A DNA stretch of 63,210 bases, the filler included, from Neoconidiobolus thromboides FSU 785 (taxonomy: Eukaryota > Fungi > Entomophthoromycota), in assembly GCA_025603075.1 (NCBI GenBank). It is 4 parts of 4 records of this genome, joined end to end, with 100 filler letters (N's around TTAATTAATTAA, not from the genome) between each part and the next. Parts side by side here need not be neighbours in the genome. Positions count along the whole stretch, not along the records: positions 1 to 31,564 come from MU626477.1; positions 31,665 to 59,218 come from MU626501.1; 2 more parts are not named here. One strand, written 5' to 3'. The notes beneath the pieces are model-generated. The model was not told the DNA's origin and did no database searches. It saw only the letters and a list, made by a program, of their open reading frames with translations. The first letter of the stretch is position 1. The number at the start of each line of letters is the position of its first letter. Position numbers and translations under genes: made by a program. Below, piece by piece: positions 28,661 to 42,625 of this stretch.

Positions 28661-29530
28661 ACTTTATTTTTCTATCGTTGAATTGTATCAATTTTGGGAA
28701 AGTATTTTTCGTTTGTTGGTTCACCCCTTTTTTATAGGAAAAAAATAAAAAAGTTAAATGTTATCGTTTTAATTCGAATATTTTATACAATTTTGATTTT
28801 GTAAGCCACCCTAAAAAACTTTTATGGATTACTATATTTGTCAAGGACCAATAATCAATATAAAGTTACAATTGCATTAATTTTCATTGGAAATTAATAT
28901 TCAATTCTCCATTTAATTAAATTTTTAATTTATTACAATTAGTATACAGTTACTCCCTAATATAATAATAAAAGTTGTTAATTTAATTAAAGCTTTTTAT
29001 TTTTAATAGACTATAAACTATTCAGTCTACTTGGGATTTTTAATATTATTTTTATTTTATCGTCACTACTTTAGAATTCTTCTTTATTTTACCTTAATTA
29101 AACTAAAGAATAAGAATTGACGTAATGTTCCAAAAGATAGAACAATTAACTTTTCAAATGTAAATGTTATCAATACAATGGATTTATTTAAATATAAGCT
29201 ATTAGAATATACTTATCTAAACTAATACTATTATTATAACGAATTAATATTAATATAGAAAAGATATATAGTATTTTAAATTTTATTAGTTGTTATAAAT
29301 GTAACTAAAAGTAATATCAAAATGTTTAAAGTCAGTTTTTTGAAATTCTTGAATAGTACAAAGTTCAATTTTTTTTTATATGAATAAAATTGTATAATGT
29401 TTAAAAGATAAGAGATAAAAAACTGATAAATTAATATCAATATCATTAAAACTGAATGTATCTTCTATTTAAAATTTACTTGTAATACAAGAAATTAACT
29501 AAAAAAGCTTTTAATCATAATTTCCAATTT

Positions 29531-29593
29531 ATAATTTTTCCACTTAAATAATACCCAAAAATGGAAAAAGTAATGAAACCAAAAAATATCACC
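29531..29593 (+). mobile_element. MITE copy c (partial, degenerate)
   Basis: TTTTTCCACTTAAATA...ATGGAAAAAGTAATGAAACCAAAAAATATCACC|ATAT matches the consensus 3' two-thirds. Confidence 0.75.
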
Positions 29594-29923
29594 ATATAAC
29601 TATTTTATTATTAATTACTTATAAATGACTGTATTCTTCACTTTTATAATTTTTTTGCACAAGTTATAAACTTATGCTTTATTTTACTTTTTAATTATTG
29701 TCATTTCCATACCTTTATTTCATAATTTATTAAAATAAATTTTGTGTATATTATTAAAAGATTTGCATGATACAATATATATTCGCACTATACTTATTAT
29801 AAAACTTGTTATAAAGTTAAAGTTAATCTTTCAAAAATAAAATAATCAACAAAATCAAATTTTTTTATTTGTAAATAATTATTAACCTAAAGTAAATATT
29901 AAAATAATCATTTATTGTAAAAA

Positions 29924-31564
29924 TTAACTATAGACTGGCGGTAATGAAATATCAATACAGTTCGTTGACATGTATGATTTTAGTTGATCTGGTACTTCTT
30001 CTAAGACTGCTTTTGGTAATAAATAATGGGTAGCTCCATGCATAAAGTCGCGCATTGGAACGAATTGTACTATATCTCTTGAAGCTACCTTATTAAAATA
30101 CTAAAGATAAAGTCAAATTTATTTTTAGAATCTTAAAATTGACTTACTGATAATCTTTTATCATCTCCATCTAATCGTTCCATCTTTTAAAGTATTAGTT
30201 TAAATTATATAAAATCTATATATTACTTACGTTACTAAAATCAGCATTTCCAATCCCAACAATGATAATTGATAATGGAAGTGTAGAAGCATCTACTATT
30301 GCCATAACAGTGAGCTCCATATCTGATAATTAAATTGAAGATTAGCTAATAGTTGATTACTTGGTTTTGTGATCTTACCACTTATTACTCCATCTAAATT
30401 AACAAAATAGCATATTTAATTACAGACAATAAATTATTATAGATTAGTTACCTGTTAATATAACTAATATTTCATAGTTGGATCTCATATCAGATCTATT
30501 TACTTTTTGTACTACCTCGTTTAATGTCTTTTCATTTTTTTAGTTTTACTTTATGTAAAAATAGATCACTTACTGGACTAAAATTAGTTGGACCATACAA
30601 TTCGATTGTATTTATTGCATTGGCATAAGCCTCTAATATTCCATTCACTCCTTGTACCTCTGGCTATAATTTATTTTTAAATATATACATTGTATTATTT
30701 TAAATATTTTACCTGATTATAATTCATATTTAAAGGGAAGCAATGTGATACACTACCACCAACTCTAGCACCAAAACCATAGACCTAAAATATACCAAAT
30801 AAATATTACTAAAAATTGTATTAAAATATATACTTACAGGAAATAATTGGTCATGATCATAAGGTGCAATGATATCTCCTATTGATTTAATTGCAATTTG
30901 ATATTGATTAAACCTTCCAGACCTATCAATATAATGGAGCGAATTAGGATTTGAAGGCATTCCATTTGATTGAGTAAAATCAATTGCCATAGTAACTGAT
31001 ATTTGTACACCTGATCGTATATAATCTAAAAAGGAATAAGGTCCAGGAACTATATGAAGCTGATCAATCATTAGCTTAGGAGTTTCTTTGTCTACATCCT
31101 TCAAATTCAAAATGACACTATCCTGTCTTTTTTCAAAATTAGAACGTAATAAGTTTACTGAGCTCTAAATAATAAATACAAACTTCAATTTATTAAAATA
31201 AACAAACTTACTGCTGCTGTTCCTAATATTTTTTGTGCTATTTAAATTTGAGATATTAATAAAGCTATTATAAGTAAACATTAATATCTTACACCCATCT
31301 GAACTAATTTTTATCAAATCAAATTTTAATTCTCTATTTAAATCCCCATTACATAACTTAGATAATGGTACTAAAAATTAATTTTATATTATTGTTATTA
31401 TATGCTATAATATAATATACTTTCAATAGGAGCCCAACATGGATTCGGTATTTTATCTTTAATCTCAGTTTTATGTACAATTACCCAGTTTAAGTCTTCT
31501 CTACTTTTTGAAATTGTTACAAAAGTTCTTGGGTAAGAAGAGCCAAAAAAAGACTTCTATAATT
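29924..31564 (-). CDS. Copine paralog B, inverted relative to paralog A, 5'-truncated at the gap
   Basis: Reverse complement aligns to 1-1641 with the same intron positions; ends AVLEEVPDQLKSYMSTNCIDISLPPVYS*, stop at 29924-29926. Confidence 0.93.
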
Positions 31565-31664
31565 NNNNNNNNNNNNNNNNNNNNNNNNNNNNNNNNNNNN
31601 NNNNNNNNTTAATTAATTAANNNNNNNNNNNNNNNNNNNNNNNNNNNNNNNNNNNNNNNNNNNN
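31565..31664. other. Artificial assembly spacer (44 N + TTAATTAATTAA + 44 N)
   Basis: Exactly 100 bp with a central six-frame-stop linker; same structure at 59219 and 61991. Confidence 0.97.
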
Positions 31665-32176
31665 TTTTGTTTTGTTTTGTTTTATTATAAAATTCCATAA
31701 ACCTTGAGTTATCATAAGTAGCTCTTAAAATTAATGTAAATGAATTACAATGCTTATATTATATATCTGTTAAATACCTAACAGAAATAACATAAAACAT
31801 GTAGTTAGGAAAACTGGCTATTTAAGAAAAGGAAACAATTAAAATAAGTTTTAAATAAAAAGATTTAATTTAGGCTTTCTAGATTTAACCGTCACATTAG
31901 ACACAAATCTAAAAATCTAAAATTTGAATTAACTTCTAAGTAAATTCTGAAACCAATTCGGACGACCCCATATAACAATTAAGAACTTCTGATTTAGCTT
32001 TTTTAAGATAACTAATACGTTATTAAACTATGTGATTTAATAATGGAGGTAATTAAAAAAACATTAATTAAAAAATACGCTAATTATTAGTGTTTTGCCA
32101 GCTTTTAAATTAAAGCATGGAGAATCATTGTAATCATATTAAAATAAATAAAAACTGTTTCTATTTTTTATAATAT

Positions 32177-32275
32177 GGGAATATGTTTTTGTGTTTAAGA
32201 ATTTTACTAACAAATTTTTCGCTCAAATAGTGCTTGAAAAATGGAAAAAGTAATGAAGCCAAAAAAAACATCCCC
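32177..32275 (+). mobile_element. MITE copy d (TSD ATAT/ATAC)
   Basis: 99 bp, both ends present, one TSD mismatch. Confidence 0.9.
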
Positions 32276-32436
32276 ATACTTCATTTTTAATTTTTAATAT
32301 TGGAATTTATTTAATAATAAAGAATAAAATATATCATATTGCTTTCAGGTGTTTAAAAAATTTATGAATTAAAAAAGTAGAACAATTTATGCGATTTTAA
32401 AAAAGTATTAATTTGTTTTATTAAATAATATAAGGA

Positions 32437-32533
32437 GAGAGTGCTTTTTTTATTTCATCACTTTTTCCATTTTTAAGCACTGGTTGAGCAGAAAAACTGC
32501 TAGTAAAATTCTCAAACAAAAAAGTATATCATT
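32437..32533 (-). mobile_element. MITE copy e (degenerate termini)
   Basis: The internal sequence matches the consensus; both G/C terminal tracts are eroded. Confidence 0.78.
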
Positions 32534-32581
32534 ATATATTAATATTATTAAAAAAAATAGGAATTTAAAAATTTAACATAT

Positions 32582-32679
32582 GAGGATATATTTTTGTATT
32601 TAAGAATTTTATTAACAAACTTTCCACTCAAATAGCGCTCAAAAGGTGGAAAAAGTAATGAAGCCAAAAAAACATCTCC
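32582..32679 (+). mobile_element. MITE copy f (TSD ATAT)
   Basis: ATAT|GAGGATA...CATCTCC|ATAT. Confidence 0.9.
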
Positions 32680-32983
32680 ATATGAAAGACTTTATAAAGT
32701 TTTATTAACCATCAAAATTTCAAAATATTTAGAGATATTTGCGGGGAGTTGTTAATACTTTCTCAAAACTCTTTATAACCCCTATATATTATCAATTTAT
32801 AAATAAAAAACTTCAAAGATTTATTATTATGTTAACTTATAATGACCGTAGTAATCAATAAACTCTCATTAAATCAATTTTCAGGACTTAATTAAAAAAC
32901 TTTAATTTTATTAATACTCAATAACATATCATCAAGCTGTATCTACTAAAATCAGTCAATTTTCATTCACCTATAATATAATG

Positions 32984-34225
32984 TTATTCTGTTTTTGCCT
33001 GATTCTCCAACTTCTCTTGATTCTGTTTCTTTCTCAATAAATACCTAGCTTTTGCATCCAACACAGCCCCATCATCATTCTTTCTTTTAAGTGTATCTTT
33101 CAATTTATCAAATTTCTCATCCCCTTTCTTTACTTCCAGCATCTTGCTCTCTTCCAATTGAGTCGTTAGCAATTTCTTCATTCTATTAGCTTGTGCTTTT
33201 TTAGCTAATAATCTTTTTTCTTCTTCTGCTTTCTTTTTTCTCATTATAAATTCATCATAATAAGAAATAGAATCATCTCTTTTGACATCTTTTCTGACTA
33301 TATTTAAACCAGCGGATAATAATTGTCTTTTATCAATGACTTCATTATTGGCATTAATTTCTATTTTTTTGCCTTCTTTTAAGGCTTTAGCCAATAAATC
33401 TTCTTTTGTTGATTGATTTGTTGTTGTTGAATTTGCTTCTTTTTTAATCTCTTTAGTAATAATTCCGGCTTCTATTTGTCGACTTTTGGCAGATAATAAA
33501 TTCTCATAAAATTGAAACATATTACCATCTTTACTTTGATCATCTAGATTCATAATTGAATTAATTGAACAACACTTATATAAATAATTAAAATTAGAAT
33601 TTCACCTTCAATATTATCTTCTTTCTCCAACCTCTTGAGCTCTTCTTGCTGTTGCTTATAACTAATTATTCGATTAATATGTATACAGTCAAAAGAATAT
33701 GATAAACTTACGCAGTTGTAACAAACTCTTCTTTTCCTTTATAAAGTTCACTTTCCCTTTCCTTTTCTTTTTCAACTAATCGACCTTCCGCTCTTAGTCT
33801 ATCTCTCTTCCTTAATTCTGCGGTTTTTAATAAACCTTGGATATATTTTGGCTAATTAAAATCAATCAATCAATCCATTCCTTTTTAAAAGCTAAACTAA
33901 ATATAAAAAACCTTACTTTATTATCGTCTGTTCCCTTCATCAAATCTAAATATTTTTTTTCATTATCTTTCATTTGATCATAAACCTCGTCATATTCATA
34001 TGCTGTTGGATCTACATCCAATGCTTCTTTGACCTGTTCAACTAATTTTTTTGAATTTCCCACTTTCACTTGAGCTCGTTTGATCTCTTGATTCGCTTTT
34101 TGCTTTTCTTCTAAAGGAGTTGTCTCTTCTTCTTCTTCATGTAATAAATTTTTAACTGGTTTGGCTAAGGCTGGTTTATTTTTGATATTGAGACCAAATT
34201 TTAATTTGGAATTACTAAATGGCAT
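32984..34225 (-). CDS. Nuclear speckle splicing regulator NSRP1/CCDC55 (DUF2040), multi-exon
   Basis: LKFGLNI, DPTAYEYDEVYDQMK and a downstream coiled/charged region ending AVLDAKARYLLRK. Confidence 0.82.
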
Positions 34226-34701
34226 GCTGAATATTAAAGAAATAATTATTGCGTTAGACTGAAATTAAGGTTTTTGGATTTGCAAAAGCTGATGTTTGAA
34301 GCTGAATGAGTTATGATTAATTGAGTGCAAAAATTGAATATGATGGTTGAGATAATGTATATGATGAATATGTTGGTTTCCAAAAGAATTGTTGTTTATA
34401 TTGATATAATTCTTCAATTATTTAAAATGAAGAGTATTTTTTATAGGATTTCCAGGGTTACTGCTTTTATATTTTTATAGCTCAATTAAGTTATTTCATT
34501 ATAGTATAGTAGTTAATAGTTTAGTTTAGTTTAGTTTGGATGTTAAAGTAAGATACTAACGCGAAGTGAATAGTCATAATTAGAATTATTAAATACTATT
34601 TTAATAGATAATATCGTTTTCACATTATCTAAAATTATTAATGTCATGGTTTTGTTCAATTATTTTATCAATAATGGGATTTATTGTATCCTCTAATAAA
34701 T

Positions 34702-34798
34702 GGGGATGTATTTTTATGTTTAAGAATCCTACTAACAAATTTTCCGCTCAAATAGCACTTAAAAGAGAAAAAGTAATGAAGCCAAAAAAAACAGCCCC
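34702..34798 (+). mobile_element. MITE copy g (TSD not matched: AAAT/AACC)
   Basis: GGGGATG...CAGCCCC with full internal match. Confidence 0.9.
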
Positions 34799-35155
34799 AA
34801 CCATTAAAAGATTAAGTTGTTTCATTTGAAATGGAATTATTTTAAAATCCAAATTCAGATTTGTGTACCTTTATAGTTTTATGAAGTACCTTAAAGTTGA
34901 TTAAACATTTACAAAATACAATAGAATTTTGTTTAAAAAGATTAGTATGTTATTGTATTATATACCAAATTCTATAGTTAATAACAGGCCTGAGTCTATT
35001 TGATGATACTTAGCACTATAAAAGTATCGTTATTTTCATAAACTAAATAAATAATAAATAAAAAGCTTAAGTATATGTCAAATTTAATAAACCAAACTTT
35101 TATTTTTAATTCTAACGAATTCAATGATCATCAACTTTTAATAGCATCTAACGAT

Positions 35156-36812
35156 CTAAAAAGAAGTTTTCGATTCTTTTAATCTATTTTTACAATTATT
35201 AACTTCTAACTCCCAATCGCATGTCAAGATAACATAGCCCAATGTCGAAGACGTAATTAACAAAGCTAAACAAGTACCAAACCAAAGTCCCAACACTCCA
35301 AAATTCCATTGGAAAGTCACATATAATCCCAAAGGTATAGCAATTATATAAAAGGCAATAACGTTCACAATAGCTCCAATAGCTTGTTTACCTTGGCCTC
35401 TTAAGATACCATTCGATACTGTAAAGACACTATCAAAAATTTGATACAAAGCAGCAACAGGAATAATGATTTGAACAATTTCAATTACCTTTTGATCATC
35501 CGTAAACAATTCACTCAATTTTTTTGAAAACAACAATAAGAACGTCGAATTAAAAAAAGGCATAATTAAAGCTAAAACCAAAGCACAACGACTGGTATGT
35601 TTGGATTTAATAGGCATTGATGCACCCAATAAATTGCCAATTCGATTACTAGCAGCAATTGACATGCCTACTGGTACTGACCATACGGTATTAGTAATAG
35701 ACAATACAATAGATTGAGCAGCTAGCTCATTGGTGCCTAAATAAGAAGCTGCTAAAGACATAATTTCAAAGGCCCACCATTCACTACATAATTGTAAGAT
35801 CCCAGGTACACCTAATTTAATATATGGCCCCCATCCGGTTAAAGCCTGTTTAGTGAATCCACCCCAACACTGAGAACCATTAATGTATTTTGAATATAAG
35901 ATGCCAAAGGTTAAACATAGCCAATAGGTAATTGATGAAGCTATTGGTGCACCTTTAAAACCAAGGGAGGTGGAGTCATTCATAACTAAAAAATATACCA
36001 AAATTAAATTAATAGGTAATACAGCTATGGTAATATCAGTTTGAGCACGCATGATTTCTATAAATAAAAATTAATTGCTATTAAATAATATATATTATAA
36101 AATAACTTACTCTGTGCTTGAAAATATCTCTTTAAGCACTCAAATGCCATAAAAGCAGGTGCCCCAAATAACAAATGTTTCATATAAACCCCACAAAGCT
36201 TTGATAATTCTGGATCTTGTCCAATAAGTAACATTAATTTTTCAGAATTTAACCAAACAAAACTGATGGGTATAAACATTGTTAAAGAGACTAGGATCCC
36301 TCTTTGTAAATGTAATCCTACTGCATGAGGGTTATTGCTACCAGTAAAAGCTTGGGAACAAAGAGTGTCTAAAGCAGTGGCCATACCAATGGATAAAGAC
36401 CAACCGGTAATTGCTGCAAACATATTACTTAAAGCAGCAGCACCAAGTTGTTTAGTACCCTAAAGAAGAAATACTAATTAGTTTCAATAAATATTAGAAA
36501 TGAATAGAAATTTACCAAATGCCCAATTGAAAAGATATTAGCTAATGGCATAGCATAAGACAAAAACATAGCTACAATAACAGGTAAACCAGTAGTAAAT
36601 AAATAGTACATCTCGGATTTATAATCGTTCCATACGGGAGTAGTAACAAAATCTATTTCTTGTAGTTTATCATTTTTTGTGTTAAATCGAGGGGACTCTA
36701 CTTGAGCTAAATTGACTAAAGTATCTGAAGATGCATTATGGATTGTATGGTAGTTTTGTAGCTTTTGGTTGGTGTCAAAGAGTTTCGTTGATGGAATGCT
36801 TTCTTCAGACAT
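35156..36812 (-). CDS. MATE family efflux transporter, paralog 1, 3 exons
   Basis: GMATALDTLCSQAFTG, GLHLQRG, CSEWWAFEIMSL, AASNRIGNLLGA and NGILRGQGKQ; ATG at 36812. Confidence 0.95.
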
Positions 36813-38507
36813 TATTGAAATCAAGTAGGGAATTTAAATCAATTTGATTGGTATTTATAGTATTTTCATATTGTTATGGTTGATTTAGATTACCCGTAAT
36901 TTAAGACTGTCAAATGTGTCATGGTACGGATAAAAATTAAGATATTTGAATTTTTTAAATTAGAGATTGTATTCTTTGGATCCTGATGTTTTTTATTGAA
37001 TTCAGCCAATGGAGATGATAGATTCGATATATTGCTAATTGTCAATGATTATTTAGTTAATTAAATAAGGTTTATTATGGAGATTATTAACTTTTAATCA
37101 GTTAAATGAATTTAAGTAGGCTAATTTTCAATTGTTCCTGATAGCTTAAAGAAGATGTTAGAAAATCATAAACTATCTCAACTTTATTTTTCATTCATTT
37201 TTCCAAAGCTTTACAATGCAACTGATCTGAGTATCTATATTGTTGAGGGTGTAAAAAACGAAATGGGAGTAGAAAACGGAAGGTTAACATGTAGGGAGTA
37301 GTAGAAATAGATTCATTAAATTACAAGAAGCCATCTATTTACTTTTTTTAAGTTTTGATAGTAAAGTTTACAATTTTGATTTATTATTTTATTCTTGAAT
37401 TTTCTTGATAACCAAATAAACCACAAAATGGCGAAATACTTTAATTATACTTTATTTTTTAACTTTTGATTATTATTATTGTGTAAAAAAACTAAATACT
37501 ATCACTAATACAATCATATCAGCCTCAGGTTCAAAACGATTTACACTATAACAAACTCACTTCGGTTTTATTTAATAGACTACCTTAGACTTCTAACTCA
37601 ATATTTTGACTCTTCGATCAACTTCCGATTTCCAATATATTAAAGAAATACCTACAAAAACTCCATGTTTAATTCTTACCAAAACTAGTAAATTAACAAA
37701 AAATAATAGATGAAAACTTAATAAAATAGTAAAGACCCTTATGAAAAAGAGAAACTTGGTGTAAACTAACTAAATTAAATAGATGAAATAAAATGGTAAA
37801 GTATAGTCAACTAGTTATTTTTATAATTATTTTATTCTATATTTATTCAAATTAAAAGGGTTCTTGCTGCACCTTTAAAATTAAATTAACATTTAAACCC
37901 TTGGAAAGATAAAAGTAAAAAAAATATATTATCTAAATCAGTTGGATAAATGAAGTTAGTAAACTAATCATAGTTATTATATTACTTATGATAATCACCA
38001 TTCTGAGTGTATAGTTTTAAAAACACAATCCGGCTTTTAATTATGTAAAATATGAATTATAATCGATAGCTATATCCTATCCGTCCACCACCATTATATA
38101 CCACCTTATTTTTTTTAAGAGTATGTTTAATTAACAGCTATCAAGAAGGAAGATACTTGAACAGAATTGGCAATTCAATAGCTCAACTTTTTGATAGGTT
38201 TTAATTTATATTTAAAAAATTTAAAACATTGGTATAAGGCTAAATGATTTTATTGAAAAAATGAGTGCAATAAAGGATACTAATGTCATTAAAAATATTT
38301 TAAACTTTTTAATTTGCTTCATCTTTCATTTTAAAAATTATAATAACTAAATTTATTAACAGTTTTAACATCTAATAAAAATAATCTCATGTTAAAAGGT
38401 TTGATAATATTTAATAAATACTAATTTGAAACAATGAAAAAAAGTTATGATAGATAGTAGGTGTGTTATAGCAAATTGAGATCTAAAAATAAAGACGCTT
38501 AAGTAAG

Positions 38508-38580
38508 TGGAGAACCCGGGCATCGATCCCGGTGCCTCTCGCATGCTAAGCGAGCGCTCTACCATCTGAGCTAGTTCCCC
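38508..38580 (-). tRNA. tRNA-Ala (anticodon AGC), intronless
   Basis: GGGGAACTAGCTCAGATGGTAGAGCGCTCGCTTAGCATGCGAGAGGCACCGGGATCGATGCCCGGGTTCTCCA folds as a 73-nt cloverleaf with the G3:U70 alanine identity pair. Confidence 0.97.
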
Positions 38581-40338
38581 AATTTATAATCTAGACAATA
38601 AAAAAAAATAATTAAACTATTACCTGCCGAAATTAGAATTAGATCAAGAATGAAAAATGACTAAATAAAGAGCCTTTTTAGATAATAAGGCAAAGCTTTA
38701 AACTAAACCAAATTAATAATAATCAATTTGCTGGTATTATTATTCTTTTATAATTGAAGTTAGGAAGGTTCTTATTAAAAGTTTAAAGGATGATGTGTTA
38801 ATAGTTAATTGATGGTGATACTTTGAATGGTGATAAAGATTATACTATCACTTTATCTTAAGTTGATTAAAAAACCTTGAATTTTGAAGTAATAGACTGC
38901 TATTATTATAAGGATAAGGATATGGCTATTACAATTTTAAAGAATCATATGCTAAGTAGTGCTTAAATCAATGATCTATGTGGTATTAGATTATTATTAA
39001 GGGATCTAGTTTGCTAAATATTAGAGTAAATTTTTATTTAAAAATAGGCGTTTAAAACAAATGGCTGTCACTTTGAATTAGTAACAGTAAAAGAAGAAAA
39101 TGGTGACTTAAAGAATAGGGAAAACTAAGTTGAAAGGGACGATAGTGTAAATGCGCTAAAGGAGCCAACTTTCAAGTGAATTTGTTTTTTTGATTTAAAC
39201 TCGTTAACCTCCAAGTTAGTTTTCATATTTCAAACTGGGTCTTTATTTATATTCATAGTAGACTTAATCCTAATTAAAGCAATCTTTTATAATTTGAATA
39301 GATGTTTTATTAATAAAAATGACAAAAACTATGAGTGTCAAGAATAACATGATAATTAAAAGTAAGTTAAACTTTTATATATGAATCCATGCTTTATCGC
39401 ATTTTTATTTACTATAAAAATAATCATGTCATTTTTTATTATTTTAAGTTTTCATGGATGGTTGAAGTTATTATATATATTGAATGGATAAAAAGTGGTT
39501 TATTTGAATGATCAAAATAGCTTTAGATATATTATTAGTATATTATCAATGGATTATTAATACATATCGGTAACGAGATAATAGTGTTAGGTTCATTATA
39601 ATTTACTACTAAAGTACAACTTTTATTTTGATTATTTAAATTTTATCTAACAAAAACTGATATTATAAAAAAATAATTCAGGAATAGTGAATCTTTATTG
39701 AAGGGTTTTAGGCATTTATTTCGAGTTTATTTAGTTTACGCTTATTCTATTTTATTATTTTGATATTGTCTTTTTGTTTATTAAGTTAAATAAAACTAAA
39801 CTTAATGTGAGCGTTTCTTTTGAAATTTTTTTTATAAATTTAATTTTCTGCTATATAAAAAGTGGATAAATAAACAAACAAAACTAAAATAAGACATCAG
39901 ACGTATTTTAGAATATAAATGTTTGATAAAATAATATTGAAAGTATAATAAGGTAGTCAAAAGTTAATATATTGATCTATACTTTGATTTATTAGCTATT
40001 TATATGTTATTATCAGGTATAAAGAATACAATGCATTGTCATTTTTTAAAAACTAATTGATCCTTAATCGAGTATATGAATATAGTAATAGTTAAATGAA
40101 TTTGAAAAACAAAATAATTTAATTTAATATTGATAAAGTAATATTCTAGTAAAAATGCATACCTTTTGTTTAATAATATATTAATAAACTAGTGCTAAAA
40201 AACCATTCCTTCAAACTAAATTCATCAACCTAACCTTTATTTATTCACTAAAAAGAGTTATTATTATTATTTGCACACTTCTTTGAACCTCAAAACACAA
40301 AACCAAACATATAATATAAAATAAAATCGTTCTATTAT

Positions 40339-42182
40339 TTAAACAATTTCTGGTCCATTCATTCTGTCCATTTCCTCTTGCCTTAATCTTTCTTGACAAT
40401 TAAAAACCTCCTCTTCCCAATTAGTATATAAAATAGCAGATACTAAAGTTAAAGCACATAGAAATAAAGCAATAGCTAATCCCCACCATAAACCATAAAC
40501 ACCCCAACCTAAACCAAAAGCTAAATAAAATCCAATAGGTAATGATAAACCATAATAAGCAATAACATTAACAATTGCACCCAGTTTCTGTCTTCCTTGC
40601 CCTCTTAATAAGCCACCAGATACACCACTCAATCCATCAAACACTTGAAATAAAGCAGCAATTGGAAGTATAGATTTAGCTAATAAAGCTACTGATTCAT
40701 CGTCCGTAAACAAATAACCCCAGAAATCCCTGAAAACAACTAAGATAGTAGAATTGATCATGGAAAATAGTAATGCTAATAATAAAGCTGCTAACCCACA
40801 TAGTTTAGCTCGATTGCTAGTTGCATCTCCGAGAAGGTTGCCCATTCGATTAGAAGCTGCTATACTCAATCCCAAAGGTACCATGTAAAATAAATTACAT
40901 GTAGTTAATGAGACTGCATGTGCTGCAAGGGGTGCTTTTCCTAAATATGAAGCTGCCAACCCCATGACCTCAAATGCCCACCATTCAGCACATACCATAA
41001 TAATTCCAGGAATTCCTAATTTCAAAAATTCATACCAACCATCTAAGCTTTCTTTTGTCCATCCGCCCCATGCTTGATAGCCTTTAAATAATCTTATATA
41101 GATAATAGCAAAGATCATCATACACCAATTAGTTAACGCAACAGTTAAGGGTGCACCATCAAAACCTAATCTAGTTGGTTCATAAAACACTAATAAAAAA
41201 TTTAATACTACATTGATTGGAATAACGGAGAAGAGAATATAAGTAGCAGCTGTCATGATATCTTGAGCTTGTAAAAATTTCTTTAAGCATTCAAAAACAA
41301 TATATGGGGGTGCTCCTAATAATAAGATCTTTAAATATCGACCGCAATAATAAGCTAACTCTGGATCTTGCTTTAATAATAATAATATGTTCTCTGCATA
41401 TAGCCACAAGAAGGATACGGGAATGAGGAGAGTTAATGAGATCAAGATCCCTCTTTGTAAATAGATACCTACTATATGTAAATTTCTTGCCCCTGTAAAA
41501 GCTTGAGAACATAGTGTATCTAAAGCTGTAGCCATACCCATTGCTACAGACCAACCAGTAACAGAAGCAAACATATTACTTAATGCGGAGGCAGCTAATT
41601 CTGTAGGACCCTTTTGGATAAAAAACATATAAAAAACAACATATGGTAATAATAATAAAAGCTTACCAAATGACCTAATGAATAAACTGAAGCTAATGGA
41701 ATGATATTTTGTAAAACATAACTGATAACAATTGGTATAGCTAATTTGGATAATAAATAAGACTCATTAACTACCCTTTTAAAAGTTATATCCGAAGGTT
41801 CAATATCCATGAATGGTGCGCTTTCTGCAACATCAATAATATTATTGACTCCAAGTCCAATCTCGGAGCTTGTGTACCCTGAGTAGGATGGAATTACGGT
41901 TGGATTTTGACCTAAATGTTGGTTGATACTGTCATAGATGGTAGGCTTTAATATATCGGATGAGACGCTATGTTGACTTCCTCTACGTCCACTTAATACT
42001 CCACTGGAACGATTAGAACGGTAAGACCCAGACTCTAAATAGCTACTTAAACGTGGTTTGCTGCTGTTGGGAGTGGCACCGTAGCTTATATTTGTTGATG
42101 GTGTAGGATCATAAGGTGGTGGGTTTAATAAAGCATCGGATTCATTCCCATTATCATCTACTGGATTATTACTGGAAGGCAT
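40339..42182 (-). CDS. MATE family efflux transporter, paralog 2, 2 exons (42182-41667, 41610-40339)
   Basis: GMATALDTLCSQAFTG, CAEWWAFEVMGL and GLLRGQGRQKLGA; long N-terminal tail containing PPPY. Confidence 0.95.
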
Positions 42183-42625
42183 CGTTTATCTAAATTGAAA
42201 TTAAAATATAAAAATATAAGAAAGTTAGGTTTTTAAATGCAAAAGTTTGGGGTATTTTATTTCAAATAAAATTTGCTAGCTTACGTGATTTTTTGTGTTT
42301 AACTGAAAATTCAATTTTTGAATAAATTATTATTGAGTTTTTATAAGTACTGTATTTTTTCAATTAGAATATTAGAATTCACTATTTTTTTATTGTAATT
42401 TTAGGATTCGGTATTTTTTGTTTAATAAATAAACCTCTTATTCTTGGTATTATTTGTATTCATTTTATATGATAGATATAATTTATTCATATAATGATAG
42501 TAAAAAAAGTAGTCAACAATTTTCCTGCCCAAAAAATTCCAAAAATTTTCAACTTTTTTATTTCATTAAAACCAAAACATAAATTATAGTAAACTAAAAC
42601 TACAAAAACCGCAAAACTTGAAACT

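Noticed and set aside
31565-31664. TTAATTAATTAA palindrome embedded in N runs, three times
   Set aside because: Identical 44+12+44 layout with stops in all six frames marks an artificial linker. ORF-track ends at 59274 and 62042 are artefacts, and adjacency across gaps is unproven.
34641-34829. Short ORFs running through MITE copies (34641-34829, 53028-53222, 62618-62809)
   Set aside because: Chance frames across the repeat; no coding signature.
38666-38680. GCCTTTT motif near the tRNA as a U5 snRNA loop
   Set aside because: Does not match GCCTTTTAC and lacks the flanking stem and Sm site.
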